Shown here in pieces: positions 61,290 to 64,000 of a DNA stretch of 64,000 nucleotides. How positions within the stretch are numbered: the first letter of the stretch is position 1; each line of letters opens with the position of its first letter. Source of the stretch: Gammaproteobacteria bacterium (GTDB taxonomy: Bacteria; Pseudomonadota; Gammaproteobacteria; GCA-001735895); contig JAACFA010000007.1 in assembly GCA_009937625.1 (NCBI GenBank), forward strand, positions 7,939 to 71,938. Reading direction: 5' to 3'. Below the pieces are notes generated by a model. That model did not search any database, was not told the DNA's origin, and saw nothing but the letters and a program-made list of their open reading frames with translations. A program made the translations under genes and the position numbers.

Positions 61290-63610
61290 GCCACTTCCGC
61301 GCGCAGCGCTTCGATCGCATCGAGGATGGCTTCGGGTGTTGCCGGCGCGCGCAACGGCGGATTGATGCGATTGTCAGCCAGGCTCGCGATCGCGTCGCGA
61401 ATCGCAAAAAATACCGAGAACGGCAGCAGCAGCGGCGGTTCGCCGACGGCCTTGGAACGCAGGATCGTATCCTTCACGTTCTGATTCTGGTAGAGCCGGG
61501 TATCGAAACGTGTCGGGCAGTCGGTGATGGTCGGAATCTTGTAGGTCGACGGCGCGTGCGTGGTCAGGCGGCCCTGCTCGTTCCAGCACAGTTCCTCGCT
61601 GGTAAGCCAGCCCATGCCCTGAATAAAGGCCCCCTCGACCTGACCGATGTCGATCGCCGGATTTATCGAATTGCCCGCGTCGTGCAGGATATCGGCCCGC
61701 AGCAGCTTGAACTCGCCGGTTAGCGTATCGATGATGACTTCCGACACGGCGGCGCCGTAGGCGAAGTAATAAAACGGGCTGCCCTGCATCTGGTCGCGGT
61801 CCCAGTTCAATCCCGGGGTCTTGTAAAATCCGTCGGACCAGAGCTGAACCCGGTTTTCATAGGCCTGCAGCACGAGTTCGGGAAAGCTGACTGTGCTGCC
61901 GCCGCAATGAACCATTCCATTCTCGAACACCACCTCGGCGGCACAGCCGCCATAACGCTCCGCGGCGAAACCGGCCAGGCGCTCACGGATCTGGCGTGCC
62001 GCGTCCTGCGCCGCCTTGCCGTTGAGATCGCTACCGGTGGAAGCCGCGGTAGCCGAAGTATTGGCGACCTTGCTGGTATCGTTCGCGGTTGCGCGCACCT
62101 GCGCAATATCCAGCCCAAGCTCCAGCGCCACCACCTGCGATACCTTGGTGTGCAGACCCTGGCCCATTTCGGTACCGCCATGGTTGACCAACACGCTGCC
62201 GTCGGTATAGACGTGCACCAGCGCCCCGGCCTGGTTGAAGTGAACCACATTGAATGAAATACCGAACTTGACCGGGGTAAGCGCGAGGCCCTTACGTAGA
62301 ACCGGGCTGTTGCGATTGAAGGCCGCCACCGCCGCGCGCCGGGCGCTGTATTCGCTAGTCTGCTCGAGCTCGGTCACCAGTTCCTGGATGACGTTATCTT
62401 CGACGATTTGACCGTAGGGCGTGGTGTTGCGGAAATCATTGTCGTAGAAATTGAGCTTGCGCACTTCCTGCGGATCCTTGCCGAGTTCGCGTGCGATGTT
62501 GTCGATGATGTACTCGATCGCGAACGCGCCCTGCGGGCCGCCGAAACCGCGAAAGGCGGTGTTCGACTGGGTATTGGTTTTGACACTATAGGCGTCGATG
62601 GCGACGTCGGCGAGGTAATAGGCATTATCGAAATGGCATACCGCGCGGGTCACCACGGGCCCGGTCAGGTCGGCCGAGAAGCCGGCCTGCGCGGCCATGT
62701 CGATTCTGGCGCCGCGAATCATACCGTCGTCGTCGTAACCGACCTCGTAGTCGAACTGAAAGCCGTGGCGCTTGCCGGTAACCATCATGTCGTCATCACG
62801 GTCGAGTCGCAGCTTGATCGGGCGGCGCAGCCGGCAGGCAGCGACCGCGGCGATACAGGCGAAGATAGCGGACTGCGATTCCTTGCCACCGAAACCGCCG
62901 CCCATGCGCCGCATTTCGACCACCACCTGGTTGAAATCGATGCCCAGTGCATGCGCGACCACGTGCTGCATTTCGGTCGGGTGCTGGGTCGAGCACCAGA
63001 GATGAAAGCAGCCGTCTTCTTTCGGCGCGACGTAGGATATCTGGCCTTCCAGGTAAAACTGCTCCTGCCCGCCGACCTCGAACTCGCCCTTCATCCTGTA
63101 TTGCGCCTGTGTCATCGCCAGTTTGGCATCGCCGCGGCGTAACTGCATCGGCGGTAGCACCCAGGATTGTTGCTGTTTGCCGCTGCCGATATCGAGCACC
63201 GCGGGTCGTGGCGCGTAGTCGATGCTGGCGAGTCTTGCCGCCTTGCGCGCCGCCGTCTGCGAATCGGCGACCACCGCGAACACCGGTTGGCCTACGTATT
63301 GCACCAAACCGTCAGCCAGGATCGGATCGTCGGCGACGATGGGTCCGCAATCGTTGGCGCCGGGAATATCGGCGGCGGTGATGACAGCGACCACACCCGG
63401 CGCCGCCCTGACCGCGTCGAGATCCAGCGCCTTGATGTCTGCATGCGCCTGGTCGCTCAACCCCAGTGCGATAAAACAGGTACCGGCCAGCTCGGGAATA
63501 TCGTCGACGTAAGTCGCCTCGCCGGCGACGTGCAGCGCCGCCGATTCATGCGGTACCGCGGTTCCGGGAGCCGTCTCGCGCGCCTGTTGTTTAACGCGAT
63601 CTTCCATCAC
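61286..63610 (-). CDS. xdhB: Xanthine dehydrogenase molybdopterin-binding subunit
   Basis: 774-aa aldehyde-oxidase/xanthine-DH a/b-hammerhead plus MoCo-binding domains. Confidence 0.9.
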   Translation of the reverse strand: MMEDRVKQQARETAPGTAVPHESAALHVAGEATYVDDIPELAGTCFIALGLSDQAHADIKALDLDAVRAAPGVVAVITAADIPGANDCGPIVADDPILADGLVQYVGQPVFAVVADSQTAARKAARLASIDYAPRPAVLDIGSGKQQQSWVLPPMQLRRGDAKLAMTQAQYRMKGEFEVGGQEQFYLEGQISYVAPKEDGCFHLWCSTQHPTEMQHVVAHALGIDFNQVVVEMRRMGGGFGGKESQSAIFACIAAVAACRLRRPIKLRLDRDDDMMVTGKRHGFQFDYEVGYDDDGMIRGARIDMAAQAGFSADLTGPVVTRAVCHFDNAYYLADVAIDAYSVKTNTQSNTAFRGFGGPQGAFAIEYIIDNIARELGKDPQEVRKLNFYDNDFRNTTPYGQIVEDNVIQELVTELEQTSEYSARRAAVAAFNRNSPVLRKGLALTPVKFGISFNVVHFNQAGALVHVYTDGSVLVNHGGTEMGQGLHTKVSQVVALELGLDIAQVRATANDTSKVANTSATAASTGSDLNGKAAQDAARQIRERLAGFAAERYGGCAAEVVFENGMVHCGGSTVSFPELVLQAYENRVQLWSDGFYKTPGLNWDRDQMQGSPFYYFAYGAAVSEVIIDTLTGEFKLLRADILHDAGNSINPAIDIGQVEGAFIQGMGWLTSEELCWNEQGRLTTHAPSTYKIPTITDCPTRFDTRLYQNQNVKDTILRSKAVGEPPLLLPFSVFFAIRDAIASLADNRINPPLRAPATPEAILDAIEALRAEVA

Positions 63611-64000
63611 TCGTTCACCGCAAATACGTTAACCGCAGTCGGCGCCAGCGGCTCGTTGCTGCGTGTTTCGAGGTAAAAACGATGCAGCAGGTTGGCGGTC
63701 ACTCGACCACGATAGTCGGCGCTGGCACGCATATCCGACAGCGGCGTAAAATCGGCGGCGAGCTTCTGCCCGGCTGTGACCAGCGTGAATTCGTTCCACG
63801 GCTCACCGCGCAGGTAATCTTCGGTTTGCCGGGCTCGTTTCGGGATTGCCGCCATGCCGCCGAGGGCAATGCGCACATCAGCCACCTCGTCACCGTCGAG
63901 ACGCAGCGCAAAGACCGCGCAAACCGCCGAGATATCCTGGTCGAAGCGCTTGCTGAGTTTATAGCAACGCAGTTGTACATCAGCCCTCGGCGAGGGTATT
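63607..64000 (-). CDS. xdhA: Xanthine dehydrogenase small subunit (FAD/Fe-S), C-terminal part only; the gene continues beyond the window edge
   Basis: The frame stays open to nt 64000 and reads ...KRFDQDISAVCAVF...VRIALGGMAAIPKRA...DMRASADYR, the CO-dehydrogenase flavoprotein C-terminal domain. Confidence 0.7.
   Translation of the reverse strand, partial: IPSPRADVQLRCYKLSKRFDQDISAVCAVFALRLDGDEVADVRIALGGMAAIPKRARQTEDYLRGEPWNEFTLVTAGQKLAADFTPLSDMRASADYRGRVTANLLHRFYLETRSNEPLAPTAVNVFAVNE

Noticed and set aside
63699-63980. 93-aa ORF near the window end
   Set aside because: The alternative frame is continuous to nt 64000 and encodes the conserved XdhA C-terminal domain (KRFDQDISAVC...RIALGG...DMRASADYR). 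The 93-aa ORF is therefore a shadow ORF.
1-64000. Search for CRISPR repeats, tRNA-like sequences, integrase/transposase genes and toxin-antitoxin or defence-system gene pairs
   Set aside because: There are no regularly spaced direct repeats, no cloverleaf-like sequences in the intergenic regions and no recombinase-like ORFs. All larger ORFs are accounted for by metabolic or transport functions.

Overview
This is a 64-kb chromosomal stretch from a high-GC (about 60-65%) proteobacterial genome, gammaproteobacterial in style. It is densely packed with catabolic and housekeeping genes. There is no CRISPR array, tRNA/rRNA gene, transposase or integrase in the window.

Gene order, left to right:
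(1) A complete MoxR-type 'Bat' aerotolerance operon on the minus strand: MoxR ATPase, DUF58, DUF4381, BatA, a BatB/BatC fusion and BatD.
(2) A bicupin gene, then a roughly 660-nt AT-richer intergenic region containing a large inverted-repeat hairpin element.
(3) pntAB transhydrogenase and a short-form phosphate acetyltransferase.
(4) A lone 798-aa protein with N-terminal HEAT repeats and a C-terminal Hanks-type Ser/Thr kinase, lower in GC than its neighbours.
(5) An uncharacterised cassette: a Cys-rich Fe-S-like protein translationally coupled to a hydantoinase/oxoprolinase-family protein, a divergent APH-like kinase and a CHMI-like tautomerase.
(6) ETF-ubiquinone oxidoreductase, disrupted by two internal deletions.
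(7) Tungstate-type ABC transporter genes in the order tupB (frameshifted), tupC, tupA, plus an HTH-PBP regulator.
(8) A sulfonate/phosphonate catabolic island. It holds a PF10014 2OG-Fe dioxygenase, a TauA-like binding protein, a class-III aminotransferase (tpa-like), tauR (frameshifted) and xsc. Next come a MetE-like protein and a DMGDH-like FAD/GcvT protein, then phnW, a LysR regulator, phnA and phnY, the known 2-AEP to phosphonoacetate route.
(9) A rhodanese, acnB (internal deletion/frameshift) and gltA.
(10) A GntR-prpB-prpC methylcitrate module, abutted by a truncated histidine-kinase remnant.
(11) A purine-catabolism cluster running to the window edge: PRTase, allA, allantoicase, a TRZ/ATZ amidohydrolase, guaD, puuD, a BMP-family nucleoside ABC transporter, xdhC, xdhB and a partial xdhA.

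The most striking pattern is that five otherwise conserved genes are disrupted in 64 kb. Three of the disruptions are clean 35-55-nt internal deletions. This points either to genome erosion, for example in a host-restricted lineage, or to assembly artefacts.

The candidate novel biology is twofold: the HEAT-kinase gene, and the demethylase-like DMGDH/MetE pair embedded between the taurine and aminoethylphosphonate operons.
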